DNA of 64,000 nt from Planctomycetota bacterium (GCA_045863855.1 BTVV01000023.1:1-64000); one strand, 5' to 3'; counted from the first letter of the stretch, positions 1 to 10,017 are shown. The notes: generated by a model not told the origin, from the sequence alone. A program made the numbers and translations.

Positions 1-258
1 GAAACCGCGCGGCTCGTCCTAGGCTAACCAAAATCGCGCCTTTGGCGCGAAGGCGAAACTACTCTTTAGAAAAAAACAACAGGACATCGCCGCGTGAAAC
101 CACACGGCTCGTCCTAGGCTAACCAAAATCGCGCCTTTGGCGCGAAGGCGGAACTGCTCTTTAGTAAAAAACCAACAGGACATCGCCGCGCGAAACCGCG
201 CGGCTCGTCCTAGGCTAACCAAAATCGCGCCCTTGGCGCGAAGGCGGAAAACCTCTTT
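1..258. repeat. Tandem array of ~95-96-bp palindromic (REP-like) units; ~2.7 copies visible, probably truncated by the window edge
   Basis: Near-identical units start at 1, 96 and 192 (gaaaccgcgcggctcgtcctaggctaaccaaaatcgcgcctttggcgcgaaggcg...). Each carries hairpins gccgcgcg-aaac-cgcgcggc and tcgcgcc-ttt-ggcgcga. Confidence 0.9.
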
Positions 259-284
259 GCGTGATCACCGCATGAATGCCCGCG

Positions 285-608
285 TTACCTTTGGCCTGCT
301 CGATATACCAATCCATTATCTTTGACATCCACTTTGTTAATGGGGTAACCCTTGTCGAAGGCATCGTCCGAGGTATGCCAGAATCGGCAGTCACAGTAAT
401 ACAACGGAAAGTAAACCTGCATCCGCGTGGCGTCCCATTTGAATTCGCTCACGAACCCCCGCGGCGCCCACCCGTACTGCTTGACTCCGTTGAGTCCAAT
501 GACAGCGGGTTCATACCGGCCTTGCAGCGAAAGAATGAAATAACTTGCGAGGTACGCGATGCACACGAGCGCGATACCGGCGCACAGCACAAACCTGCCG
601 CGAGACAT
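285..608 (-). CDS. Small hypothetical protein with N-terminal TM/signal segment
   Basis: 107-aa ORF with hydrophobic N-terminus (FVLCAGIALVCIAYLASYFIL), protein-like composition and an upstream gagagg RBS-like sequence. Confidence 0.6.
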   Translation of the reverse strand: MSRGRFVLCAGIALVCIAYLASYFILSLQGRYEPAVIGLNGVKQYGWAPRGFVSEFKWDATRMQVYFPLYYCDCRFWHTSDDAFDKGYPINKVDVKDNGLVYRAGQR

Positions 609-682
609 GACCGTAGCCTCTCCCGTTCACCGTTTACTGTTCACTGCTCTTACTACCCTTCTAAAATGTCCTCCGCCGAACC

Positions 683-1261
683 TCAATTCGATCGCTCCAC
701 CCGAATGTCCAGTTCTTTCCATTTCAGACGCGGCCGAATCCGCATGCGCTCCTCCCGGAATAAGGCCGGCCAATCGGGGGCAGGCGTTTCCACCCTGCGC
801 TCGACAAACGCCGCCTGTTCCGCTTCATCGAACTCCCATTCGACATGGTGTACACGAGCGGGCGAGACGGACAGACTCAAGCGTTCGAAGGGAATGCGTA
901 ATCGATTTGCTAGAAGCAGGACAAATAACTCGCCGATGGCCCTTGGCGTATACGCGCCTGCTAGGCTGACAGAGGCATGATGCTCATACCGGCCCCTATC
1001 GTTTCGTGAAATCGTGTACAGCATCGCAATCCCCGCATCGCTGATCAGGCGGCGGCGATCGTCTACCGCAAACACCAACGGCGCGTTCTCTGTGCCAATC
1101 TGTTCGAGCGCCGCGGCTTTAAGCAGGGATATCTGACCGGCCACCCAGAGGACATGCGCGTCATCAAATAGCTTGTCATAATTTGAACTGCGGCTGAGAA
1201 TCCAAATCACAAAAATAGGAAGTGCAATGCCAGCACAGATCGCCAACCACATAGGGGCCAT
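683..1261 (-). CDS. Hypothetical membrane-anchored protein
   Basis: 192-aa ORF with an N-terminal TM helix; gaaggag RBS-like sequence immediately upstream. Confidence 0.65.
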   Translation of the reverse strand: MAPMWLAICAGIALPIFVIWILSRSSNYDKLFDDAHVLWVAGQISLLKAAALEQIGTENAPLVFAVDDRRRLISDAGIAMLYTISRNDRGRYEHHASVSLAGAYTPRAIGELFVLLLANRLRIPFERLSLSVSPARVHHVEWEFDEAEQAAFVERRVETPAPDWPALFREERMRIRPRLKWKELDIRVERSN

Positions 1262-1476
1262 CTCCTTCTCTTCGCATTGACGCCTTAGATTAGCCCTTCC
1301 TAAACCGAAATTCGATACCCTTCACCACGCTCCGCTTGGCCACATCGGTCATTCTCTCGGAGAATCGGCCCGCGCGCGGTCACATCGGCTAGCCTTAAAC
1401 AGACTCGCTCTCCGACCCCCCGCTCGTACGCCCTCGAATTTACCGTGCACCGCCTCATACCCGCTCCACACACCCC

Positions 1477-1692
1477 TCACCCACCCGAATGCCGCCGCGC
1501 CTCCGCGTCCAGTTCGCGCTGCTTCTGCCGAGCTTTCCGGCGCTGCTCCAGCACCCGTTCCTCCTGCCGCAACGCCTCCAACTCTTGTTCGCTCAGCACC
1601 AACTCCGGCGGCAATACCCCTTGGCACGTGCTGCAATGCTTGAGCCGCCGCGTCGGAAGCATCACCTTGCAATGCGGACAATGGAACGCCAT
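1477..1692 (-). CDS. Small zinc-ribbon / coiled-coil protein
   Basis: Two CxxC pairs (CPHC, CSTC) followed by an E/R/Q-rich helix; 71 aa. Confidence 0.55.
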   Translation of the reverse strand: MAFHCPHCKVMLPTRRLKHCSTCQGVLPPELVLSEQELEALRQEERVLEQRRKARQKQRELDAEARRHSGG

Positions 1693-1932
1693 TGCACACC
1701 TCGCCCTGTCTTGACCGGCCCTGCCCTAACCCGGCCTTGGCCTCACCCGGCCCGCCCCACCCGCCGCCATCCTGTCATTATATTCTTCCTGCGCCCGCTT
1801 CCCTTTGCCGGACTCCGCTCGCTTTCCCTTTCCCCAACCCGGCCCGCTCCCCCTATCCCATGTCCTTCCGTTTAAGCGCCCTGGCGATTCCCGCCCAAGT
1901 TCTGCCACCACCCGGCCTCCCCTTCGCGTTCG

Positions 1933-2140
1933 CCCTTCACCATTCGCCCTTCACCATTCGCCCTTCACCATTCGTCATTCACCATTCGCCATTCGCCATT
2001 CGCCAGTCGCCATTCGCCAGTCCACCGATCCGCCGTTTCGACGTTTCGACGTTTCGACACTCTGCATTCTGCCGGTTCGACGTTTGCTTGGTTCTTGACG
2101 TTTGGTCTTACAGTTCACCGTTCACCACTCACCACTCACC
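1933..2140. repeat. Short tandem repeat tract (7-mers, then 8-mers, then 7-mers)
   Basis: 13 consecutive 7-mers (ccattcg/cccttca variants) at 1933-2023, (a/c)cgtttcg x3 at 2033-2056, and cagttca-ccgttca-ccactca-ccactca at about 2111-2138. Confidence 0.85.
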
Positions 2141-2516
2141 CCACCCCCACCATCGCTCTCGCCCCACCCTCGCCCTCGCCCGCCCCTCGCCTTCGCCCGA
2201 CCCCTCGTCCGACCCCTCGCCCGTCCTTCGCCCATCCCTCACCCGTCGTGCATAGCTTAAAAGCCCGCCATGCACCATGCGTTAAATAATACGCTTTGCG
2301 TGCGCTATTTATAGCAGTTTTATAGCACGATCAACATTTTGCACCGTGCAAAGCTATATGCATCACCACGCGCAACCCCCCATCCAAACCCACGCTGCAC
2401 CTCGGGCACACTTTTTCCACGTTATGCCTCGGCCAAATCCCGCGCCGCACCGTCCTATGCTCTGAAAAGCGCACCCAAGACAAGCGCTAAAGCCATCCAC
2501 CCCAGGAATTTAAGAC

Positions 2517-5500
2517 ATGGCGTTCGATCTCAAACAACGGCTCGAGACCCTAAAGGGTACGCTACGCCGCGCCTGCCTCATTCACGGCGCCGCGTTCGTG
2601 GTACTCACGGCGGTGCTTGGAGTTATGGCCGTCATCCTGCTCGACTACTTCTTCTTCCGCTGGGACAGCGGCGTGAACACCGCCTTCCGCCTCCTGCTGA
2701 CCCTCGGTCTGCTTGGTTCGGTCGCCTACTTCGTCTGGCGGCGAATCCTGCAACCCCTTGCGGTGCCTCTATCTATAGACGACATGGCGCTTTCGGTCGA
2801 ACGTGAGTTTCCCGAGCTTCAGGACAGCCTCATCTCCTCGATTCAGCTTACACGTATGATGAGCGACGACCGCCACATGAGCCAGGCGATGGTCGAGGAA
2901 ATCGCCCGTCAGGCACACCAAAAGTCGGCCACGCTTGACTTTGCAAGAGTGGTCAAGTTCGACAAGATCCGCCCGGTCCTGGCTTGGGCCGGCGGCGCGT
3001 TGCTCCTTTTCCTGGCTTTGGCCGTACCGCTGCGAGAGTACGTAGGCGTCGGCCTCCTGCGTATGTTTACGCTGCAGAACTTCCGCTACCCTGTCCGTAC
3101 CGATATCGCCTTGAAGCAGAAGGACTTAGTGGTCCCCAAGGGCGAATCCGTCGCGCTGGCGGTGGAGTGCTCCCGAGCGCTCCCGTCGCGCGCCTACATT
3201 CGCTTTAGTTCTGATGAGGGAAGGACTTGGAGCAAACCCGAACCGATCACCACCTCCACCGCCGGCGCCACGCCCAGCGGCGAGAAAACCATCGACTTCC
3301 AGTACGAGTACAACCCGGTCATTCAGAGCTTCATGTACTACATCGAAGCCGGCGACAATCAGTCGGAACCCCAGACGGTGAAAGCAGTTGAGCGGCCGAC
3401 GCTGAACGATCTGAAAGTCCAGTACCGCCAACCCGAGTACATCACCACCGATCTGAGCGAGCTGAAGCGCGAACGTTCTCTGCGTAACGTAACCGGAACC
3501 AAGGCCACACTTTACGGGACTGTCAACAAGCCCTTGAAGGAAGCCTTCATCCGCATCGGCGAGGTCGAAAAGATTCCCGTGCAGGAGTTGCAAGGCGATA
3601 AGTTCGCGCACACGCTGGAGATAGACAAGGTCAAGGACTACGAACTCTTCCTCGTCTGCGAAGACGGCTTCCAGAACAAGGACCAGATCCGCCACAAGAT
3701 CTGGGCGCTCCCCGACGACCTCCCCAAAGTACGCTGGACCGCGCCCGCTCAAGATTTGGAAGTCTCGCCCAGCGCAGTAGTTGCATTGGGCATCCAACTC
3801 GAAGACGACTGGGGCCTGCACCGCAGCGAAGTCAAGTATCGCATCCTAAAGGGTGCCGGCGCCGTCCCCGCCGAAGGCCAGCCCGCTCCGCGCGCCGCGC
3901 CCGACATCGAAAGTCCGGCCATCGAAGGCGGGTTCGAGCTTTCCACCGAAGGCTTTGGCAAGGGCGTTCGAAAGCTGGAAGTCCGGCACGATTGGTCACT
4001 TGTGGATTTGGCGCTGCAGCCCGGCGACGTGGTGGTCTACCAAGGCGAGGCCTACGACTTCTGTCCCACCCCGCGTTCCGGCGATGCGCCGCTGCAATTT
4101 CAACTGCGCATCTTAAGTAAGGAAGATATCAAGCAGAAACTGGACATCGAACGCCTCCGCCTGATCGACGATCTTAAGGAAATCATCCGGAAGCAGGAAG
4201 AAGACAAGAAATCGGTCGATGCCGTCGTCGAGCACCTTAAAGCCGGAAACGCCTTCGGGATGGGCGAACGGACACAGGTCACCGAGGCCGAGTCGCTGCA
4301 GCAGACCATCATTCGCAAAACCATCGAATTGGAAGGCCGCTTTGCGAATTTGCTGGAACGTTACAAAGCAAACGACCTGAATACGCCGGAAGACGAGACG
4401 CGTTTGCAGGCCATTATTTCCGTGCTTCACGACTGCGCGTCCGAAGGCATGCCCGCCGCCGCCAAAAAGATCGCCGCCTGCGGCATCGCCAAGCAGGACA
4501 GCGAACGGCAGGAACACTTGGGCGCGGCGTCGGTGCAGCAGCAGGAAGTGATCGACGAGCTTAAAGCGCTGCTCGAACAGATGCAGAAGTGGGCCGAGAC
4601 GGAAGAACTGATCCGCATGGCGCGCGCGCTCTTGGTCAAGCAGCGTGCGGTCACGAAGTCCACCGAAGGGCTCAAGGATAAGTTCGGCGGCAAGGCTCCG
4701 GCCGACGTGAGCAAGGACGAGAAGGCCGAAGTGAAGGTCGTCGAACGCGATCAGCGCGACTGCGGCGTGGACATGGACGCGTTGATGACGCGCATGCAGG
4801 AAGCGCTGGGCAAGATGAGCGCCGTGGACAAGTGGGTGGCCGGGAACATCGAGGACGCAATCAAGATCGCGCTCAACAGCGACGCGACGCCCGAAAACCC
4901 CGATCTCCCCGTGGGCAGCGACAAGTACCCGGGCATCAAGGACAAGATGTCCGGAGCGCAGACGGACATCGACCAGTTCCTCTTCGGCACCGCCAACGCC
5001 AAGCAGAAGGGCGTCGAGACGGGACTCGAACGCATCATCAAGGTCCTTGGCCGCCGGCGCGACTTGAACATGAAGGAACTGATGCGCGAGATCGAACAGC
5101 GCAAGCGCGAACTCCAGCGCGCGCTGGAGCAGCAGAAAGAGATCACGCGCCGCGCCGAAAACATCAAGGATAAGCAAGCGTTGCAGCGCGAAGTCGCGCA
5201 GGCGCAGCGCGATTTGCAGGACCTGCGCAAGCGCCAGGAGGCGCTCAAGCAGGAGACCGAGCAGTTCAAGCCGCAGCCCAACACCGAGGCCGACCGCTAC
5301 GAACGCGCCATCGAACGCGCGCGCCAGGAACTCGAGAACCTGCTGCAGCAGGAAAATAAGGTCCTGGCCGAGACCATTGGCGAGATGACCGATCCGGAAA
5401 AGATCCTCGCACGGTCGATCCACGAGCTTGAAATGCTGGAGAAAGAAGAGCGCGAGTTGCAGGCGCAAGCGTTGCAACTTTCAGCCGAGCAGCCGCAAAA

Positions 5501-8276
5501 AGCGCTCGACGAAGCCCTAGCCCGCGTCCGCGACGGGCTGGCCAAGAACGATTCGCTCAAGCTCAAGACCGCGACCGCACAGAGCGCCGGCGACGAAGCG
5601 CAGCGCCAGCAAGGACTTAAAGCGCTCCAGGAACCGCAGCTGCAGTTGGGCAAGGACCTCAAAGCGCTTACCGAAGCCCTCGATACCGCCGCGAAGTCGT
5701 TGGCCCAGCACCCCGAAGCGTCCGGCAGCGAAGCCGCTCGCGCCGCCGCGCAGCGTGCGCTCGAACGCGCCGCCGAAGCCTCGAAAGAAGCTCCGCAAGC
5801 GCTCGCCGAGGCCGCTGCAAAGCTAGGCGCTGGCGACAGTAAGGCCGCTCAGCAAGCCCAGCAGCGCGCCGCGGAAGCGCTCGAACGCGCCCGCGACGGG
5901 CTCGACCGCGCGCTCGCCGAAGAACGCGAACGGCTCCAGACCGGTATGCGTACCGTGGCCGACAAGCAAGCCGAAGGGCGCAACCGCGCCGACGAGATCG
6001 CCGGGCGCTTGGGCGGACTGGTTCGCGCGGCTGCGGAAAACCAAGCCGACGCAGCACTTAAGACGGCTTCCAGCGCCGCGCAGGCGGCTTTGGATCCGAT
6101 CGAAAAAGCCGGCACGCACATGGCCGAAGCCAGCGACCAACTCCGCCGCGGCAGCGAGCATGCCGAGACGCCCGCGGCCTCCCGCGCCGCAAGCGAGCAA
6201 GTCCAAGCCGCTGAAAAGCTTGCCGAAGCGCGCGCGACGCTCCAGAAAGCCGCCGACGCGCTCGCCCAAGCCAAAACCGATAACCACCGCGCGCTCGCGC
6301 AGACGCAAGGTCAAGTCCAGCAACAAGCTAAGACCCTGCAGCAGCAACTGAACGAACTCTCCCAAGCGATCGAATCCGCCCACTCCAAAGCCTTCCCCGG
6401 CGAAGCCCAGCAATCCGGCCAGCAGAGCGGCCAGCAATCCGGCCAGCAGTCCGGCCAGCAGAGCGGCCAGCAATCCGGCCAGCAGAGCGGCCAGCAGTCC
6501 GGCCAGCAGTCCGGCCAGCAGTCCGGCCAACAGAGCGGTCAGCAGGCCGGGCAGGAGGGCGGCGCGCCTAAGGCGGCGGAGAAACTAGGCGAAGCGGCCG
6601 GCCACATGGGGCAAGCTCAGCAGCAGCAACAAGTTCCCAATCCGACGCAGGCGACGACGCAGCAGGCTCAGGCGATCGAGAAGCTCGAGGAAGCCAAGGA
6701 AGCGCTTGCCTCGCTGCAACGCAAAGTCGCCGAGATGAAAGAGCCCGGCCGGCGGCTGGAGCGCATCCAGAAGAAGCTTAAGGACGAAGCCCGCTCCTTG
6801 GCGAACAAAATCGAAGATCTCCAAGTGCAGTTGCCCAACGCGCCTAAGGCCGACGAGAGCGTCCGCCAAGCCAGCAACCACATGCAGAACGCCCAGAACC
6901 AACTGGCCGGCGACCAACAGCAGTCCGGCCAGCAAAGCGGTCAGCAATCGGGCCAGCAGTCCGGCCAGCAAAGCGGTCAGCAATCGGGCCAGCAGTCCGG
7001 CCAGCAAAGCGGTCAGCAATCGGGCCAGCAGTCCGGCCAGCAGAGCGGTCAGCAGTCCGGCCAGCAGAGCGGCCAGCAATCCGGCCAGCAGAGCGGCCAG
7101 CAGAGCGGCCAGCAGTCCGGCCAACAGAGCGGTCAGCAATCCGGCCAGCAGTCGGGTCAACAATCCGGACAGCAATCGGGCCAACAGAGCGGGCAGAAGA
7201 GCGAGCCCAATGCGGAAGGAGCGGCGAAGGAGCAGGAGAAGGCGTTGAGCGAGTTGGAGAAGGCGCTGAAAAACTTGGAAGAGATGGCGAAGCTGGCCGA
7301 CCAGGAGAAGGATCCGCGGACGGGTGACGTGCTGAAGAAGCTGGCGGAAGTGCAGCGCGCGACCCGCGAGGAAGTATTGCGCCTGCAAAAGAAGCTCGAC
7401 GATCTGGCCGACAAGACGGGCAGCCGGCAGGCGCAGCAGGCGAGCAAGTCGAACCAGTCGGCGAGCCGAAATCAGTCGCAGGCGAGCAGTTCGATGAGCA
7501 GCGGGAGCCAGAGCGGTTCGCAGGACAGCAGCGAGGACGCCGAGGAAGACTTGCAGGAGGCGATGGACAACCTGGATCAGCTCCAGCAGCAGATGCAGCA
7601 GCAGGACCAGCAGGAGACGCTGTTCCAGATCGAACAGGAACTGAAGAAGATGCTGGGCGCGCAGAAGAAGCTCCTGGTGGACACGCAGGAGATCGAGAAG
7701 CAGCGCCCGTCGCCGACCGAGGCGCTGCCGCGCCGCGCGCGGCTGCAAGTACGCAAGGTCCACGACGATCAGCGCGGGTTGGCCGACGCCACGAAGGTGA
7801 TCGTGAAGAAGATGGAAGAAGAGGGCGTGATCGTCTTCCGTGAAGTCCTGCAATGGGCGGTGGATGACATGGGCGAGGCGGCGGTGCGGCTGGACAAGGA
7901 GCAGACCGGTACGCTGACGCAGAACATCCAGGAGGATATCCTGAAGCAGTTGAGCGATCTGATCGACGCGCTGCGCAAGGAACGCAATCGCAAGCAGCAG
8001 CAACAGCAGCAGGGCGGCGGAGGCGGGGGCGGCGGAGGCCCGCTGGTGCCGCCGCTGGCCGAATTGAAGATGCTGCAGATCATGCAGAAAGACGTCAATC
8101 GCCGCACGCAGCGGATCGATCAGGCGGTGGCGCAATCGGAAGAGAAGGATCTGACTGCGACTCAGAAGGACGAACTGCGGCGCATGGCGCAGAAGGAAGG
8201 CAAGATCGCGGGGCTGACCAAAGAGCTGGCCAACTCGCTGGAGCAGCAGGGCGGCGGCGGACCTCCGGACCACTGA
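2517..8276 (+). CDS. Very large membrane-anchored coiled-coil protein (DUF4175-like, planctomycete type) with QQSG repeats
   Basis: 1919-aa ORF with RBS aggaa. Three N-terminal TM helices, a beta-rich (Ig-like) region, a long E/Q/A/K heptad region, and C-terminal PLVPPLAELKML. Confidence 0.8.
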   Translation: MAFDLKQRLETLKGTLRRACLIHGAAFVVLTAVLGVMAVILLDYFFFRWDSGVNTAFRLLLTLGLLGSVAYFVWRRILQPLAVPLSIDDMALSVEREFPELQDSLISSIQLTRMMSDDRHMSQAMVEEIARQAHQKSATLDFARVVKFDKIRPVLAWAGGALLLFLALAVPLREYVGVGLLRMFTLQNFRYPVRTDIALKQKDLVVPKGESVALAVECSRALPSRAYIRFSSDEGRTWSKPEPITTSTAGATPSGEKTIDFQYEYNPVIQSFMYYIEAGDNQSEPQTVKAVERPTLNDLKVQYRQPEYITTDLSELKRERSLRNVTGTKATLYGTVNKPLKEAFIRIGEVEKIPVQELQGDKFAHTLEIDKVKDYELFLVCEDGFQNKDQIRHKIWALPDDLPKVRWTAPAQDLEVSPSAVVALGIQLEDDWGLHRSEVKYRILKGAGAVPAEGQPAPRAAPDIESPAIEGGFELSTEGFGKGVRKLEVRHDWSLVDLALQPGDVVVYQGEAYDFCPTPRSGDAPLQFQLRILSKEDIKQKLDIERLRLIDDLKEIIRKQEEDKKSVDAVVEHLKAGNAFGMGERTQVTEAESLQQTIIRKTIELEGRFANLLERYKANDLNTPEDETRLQAIISVLHDCASEGMPAAAKKIAACGIAKQDSERQEHLGAASVQQQEVIDELKALLEQMQKWAETEELIRMARALLVKQRAVTKSTEGLKDKFGGKAPADVSKDEKAEVKVVERDQRDCGVDMDALMTRMQEALGKMSAVDKWVAGNIEDAIKIALNSDATPENPDLPVGSDKYPGIKDKMSGAQTDIDQFLFGTANAKQKGVETGLERIIKVLGRRRDLNMKELMREIEQRKRELQRALEQQKEITRRAENIKDKQALQREVAQAQRDLQDLRKRQEALKQETEQFKPQPNTEADRYERAIERARQELENLLQQENKVLAETIGEMTDPEKILARSIHELEMLEKEERELQAQALQLSAEQPQKALDEALARVRDGLAKNDSLKLKTATAQSAGDEAQRQQGLKALQEPQLQLGKDLKALTEALDTAAKSLAQHPEASGSEAARAAAQRALERAAEASKEAPQALAEAAAKLGAGDSKAAQQAQQRAAEALERARDGLDRALAEERERLQTGMRTVADKQAEGRNRADEIAGRLGGLVRAAAENQADAALKTASSAAQAALDPIEKAGTHMAEASDQLRRGSEHAETPAASRAASEQVQAAEKLAEARATLQKAADALAQAKTDNHRALAQTQGQVQQQAKTLQQQLNELSQAIESAHSKAFPGEAQQSGQQSGQQSGQQSGQQSGQQSGQQSGQQSGQQSGQQSGQQSGQQAGQEGGAPKAAEKLGEAAGHMGQAQQQQQVPNPTQATTQQAQAIEKLEEAKEALASLQRKVAEMKEPGRRLERIQKKLKDEARSLANKIEDLQVQLPNAPKADESVRQASNHMQNAQNQLAGDQQQSGQQSGQQSGQQSGQQSGQQSGQQSGQQSGQQSGQQSGQQSGQQSGQQSGQQSGQQSGQQSGQQSGQQSGQQSGQQSGQQSGQQSGQQSGQKSEPNAEGAAKEQEKALSELEKALKNLEEMAKLADQEKDPRTGDVLKKLAEVQRATREEVLRLQKKLDDLADKTGSRQAQQASKSNQSASRNQSQASSSMSSGSQSGSQDSSEDAEEDLQEAMDNLDQLQQQMQQQDQQETLFQIEQELKKMLGAQKKLLVDTQEIEKQRPSPTEALPRRARLQVRKVHDDQRGLADATKVIVKKMEEEGVIVFREVLQWAVDDMGEAAVRLDKEQTGTLTQNIQEDILKQLSDLIDALRKERNRKQQQQQQGGGGGGGGGPLVPPLAELKMLQIMQKDVNRRTQRIDQAVAQSEEKDLTATQKDELRRMAQKEGKIAGLTKELANSLEQQGGGGPPDH
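6408..6539 (+). repeat. Coding tandem repeat (QQSG)x11
   Basis: 12-nt units (cagcaatccggc / cagcagagcggc / cagcagtccggc) over 132 nt. Confidence 0.95.
6918..7193 (+). repeat. Coding tandem repeat (QQSG)x23
   Basis: 276 nt of 12-nt units, including a 36-nt higher-order unit cagcaaagcggtcagcaatcgggccagcagtccggc x3 (6930-7037). Confidence 0.95.
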
Positions 8277-8328
8277 TGGGCGGGCTGGGATGGCAACGGC
8301 GCGGTTCACGAAAACAGGAATGCAAACG

Positions 8329-9540
8329 ATGCGATACGGAATCTGGGTGCTGGCGGTGCTGGTCTGCGCGGCGTGTCCGTTGACTGCTTCGGGCGAAGAC
8401 GGTCCCAAGCCCGAGATCAAAGCGTACGGCGAGGCTAAGAACGACCTGCCGCTGGAGTTGTACCAGAAGTTGCGCCGCCAACTCGACGCCTACCGCGGGC
8501 TGGAAGTCGCCGGCGAGAAGCTGACCAAAGGCGACGCGGAGAAGGCGCTCCAGGAAGACGCCAAAGCGAACCAGGAGAAGCTCGTCCAGGCTTTGCAGGC
8601 CAGCCAGGTGATTCACCGCGAACTGTCCGCGCGGGTTTTGCAGTTCGCCTCCGACAAGCAGGCGGCGGTGAAGGGGTTGGCGGCGGCGGTGGGCGCCGAT
8701 CCGGACACGGACGTGCGAACCGCGGTAGTCAGTTCGCTGGGCGAATTGGCCGACGCAACCGGCGTGGAGCCGCTGATTCAGGGGCTTGCCGACGGCGAAG
8801 AAGCCGTGCGCGCGCTGGCGGTGGAAGGATTGGGGAAGATCAAGGATCCGCGTGCGGCCGCGCCGCTGCTGAAGACGCTTTCGTCCGACGCCAAGCCGGC
8901 CGTGCGCATGAAGGCCGCGGGGGCCCTGAAGGAGATCAAAGACAGCAAGAGTCTGGAGGCTCTGGCGCAGGCGCTGAACGCGGAGCAGGACTACCGCGTG
9001 AAGATGGCGATCGCGAGCGCGATCCGCGATATCCGCGGGCAGGAAACGCCACACACCAAGGACGTACCGACCACGGAAGAGCACGGCGGCGAACTCTCGA
9101 AGCTCAGCCGCGAGATGCAGGAGATCGAGGAGAAGCTGCGCGCCGACCGCCACGACCAAGCCGTACAGGGTCAGCAGGAAGACGTGGCCAAGCAGCTTGC
9201 CGAGCTGATCAAGAAGGTCGAAGAGATGCAGCAGCAGGGCCAAGGCCAGGGACAGCAACAGCAGCAACAACAACAGCAGCAGCAACAGCAAGGACAGGGC
9301 CAGCAGAGCGGGCCCAAGCAAGCGAGCAGCCCGCTGGCCGATTCGCAGTTGGGCGGCAACGTGGCGCGGGGCGCCTTGCAGGAAGCGCAGGTCTCCGGGC
9401 ACCAGGACGATTGGGCGCAACTGCCGCCGGCGATGCGCGACGAGATGCTCCAGACCTACCGCGAAGGCTTCCCCGAACGCTGGCGCAAGCGCCTGCAGGC
9501 GTACTTCGCCTCGGTCGCGGCGGAAGAAGAGAAGCGCTGA
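8329..9540 (+). CDS. Exported HEAT-repeat protein with Q-rich linker and helical C-terminus
   Basis: Signal-like N-terminus; HEAT/PBS repeats (DPDTDVRTAVVSSLG, EEAVRALAVEGLGKI, PAVRMKAAGAL); poly-Q; WAQLPPAMRDEML...FPERW...YF tail. Start chosen from RBS aggaa (ORF track start 8290). Confidence 0.8.
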   Translation: MRYGIWVLAVLVCAACPLTASGEDGPKPEIKAYGEAKNDLPLELYQKLRRQLDAYRGLEVAGEKLTKGDAEKALQEDAKANQEKLVQALQASQVIHRELSARVLQFASDKQAAVKGLAAAVGADPDTDVRTAVVSSLGELADATGVEPLIQGLADGEEAVRALAVEGLGKIKDPRAAAPLLKTLSSDAKPAVRMKAAGALKEIKDSKSLEALAQALNAEQDYRVKMAIASAIRDIRGQETPHTKDVPTTEEHGGELSKLSREMQEIEEKLRADRHDQAVQGQQEDVAKQLAELIKKVEEMQQQGQGQGQQQQQQQQQQQQQGQGQQSGPKQASSPLADSQLGGNVARGALQEAQVSGHQDDWAQLPPAMRDEMLQTYREGFPERWRKRLQAYFASVAAEEEKR

Positions 9541-9648
9541 ACGCCGTAGCTGGGGCTCCGTGGCGGCGAGAGGCGCTTCCGGATCTAATGCAACGCCCTA
9601 TTCTGGCCTGACTTGCCCCCTTCGCCCGGCGCGCGTATCACTACAGGC

Positions 9649-10017
9649 ATGTCCGCCACGTCACCGCCCAATTCGTCCGCCGCGCAGCGTTTGGCCGCGG
9701 GCCAAGCGGAGTTCGAACGCAAATTCCGGCTTGAGCCCAAGCTGCCCAGTTCGGCGCTGCTGACCGGCGCCGTCGCGATGGCGACGGCCTTCGGCGCGAT
9801 GATGTTCCTGATGTTCGCCTGGTCGCGGAAGTTCGAAGACTGGATGGGCGGTTTTTACGTCTTCACGGCGCTGACGTTCTGCTTCGGAGCGGCCAACCGC
9901 TATCTGGCTTGGCGTTGGTTCAAGAAAATCGAGATCTGGAGCGCCGAACGCCAAGCGCTGCTGGCCGAGATCGAGGTGCTGCGGCGCGAAGCGGCGGGTG
10001 AAGGACCGCAAGGCTGA
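9649..10017 (+). CDS. Hypothetical two-TM membrane protein
   Basis: Two hydrophobic helices; ATG at 9649 in the 9613 ORF frame. Confidence 0.6.
   Translation: MSATSPPNSSAAQRLAAGQAEFERKFRLEPKLPSSALLTGAVAMATAFGAMMFLMFAWSRKFEDWMGGFYVFTALTFCFGAANRYLAWRWFKKIEIWSAERQALLAEIEVLRREAAGEGPQG

Noticed and set aside
1..258. CRISPR array
   Set aside because: Whole ~95-bp units are repeated with no unique spacers, and no cas genes are in the window.
1692..2255. Pro/Ser/His-rich ORFs across the heptamer tract
   Set aside because: Low-complexity translations of repeats with no coding signature.
6585..8420. 611-aa antisense ORF with LLAG/LLAA repeats (also 5823-6530)
   Set aside because: It is the reverse-complement reading of the QQSG arrays.
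9171..9359. Poly-cysteine peptide ORF
   Set aside because: It is the antisense of the poly-Q (cag/caa) run in the HEAT-repeat gene.
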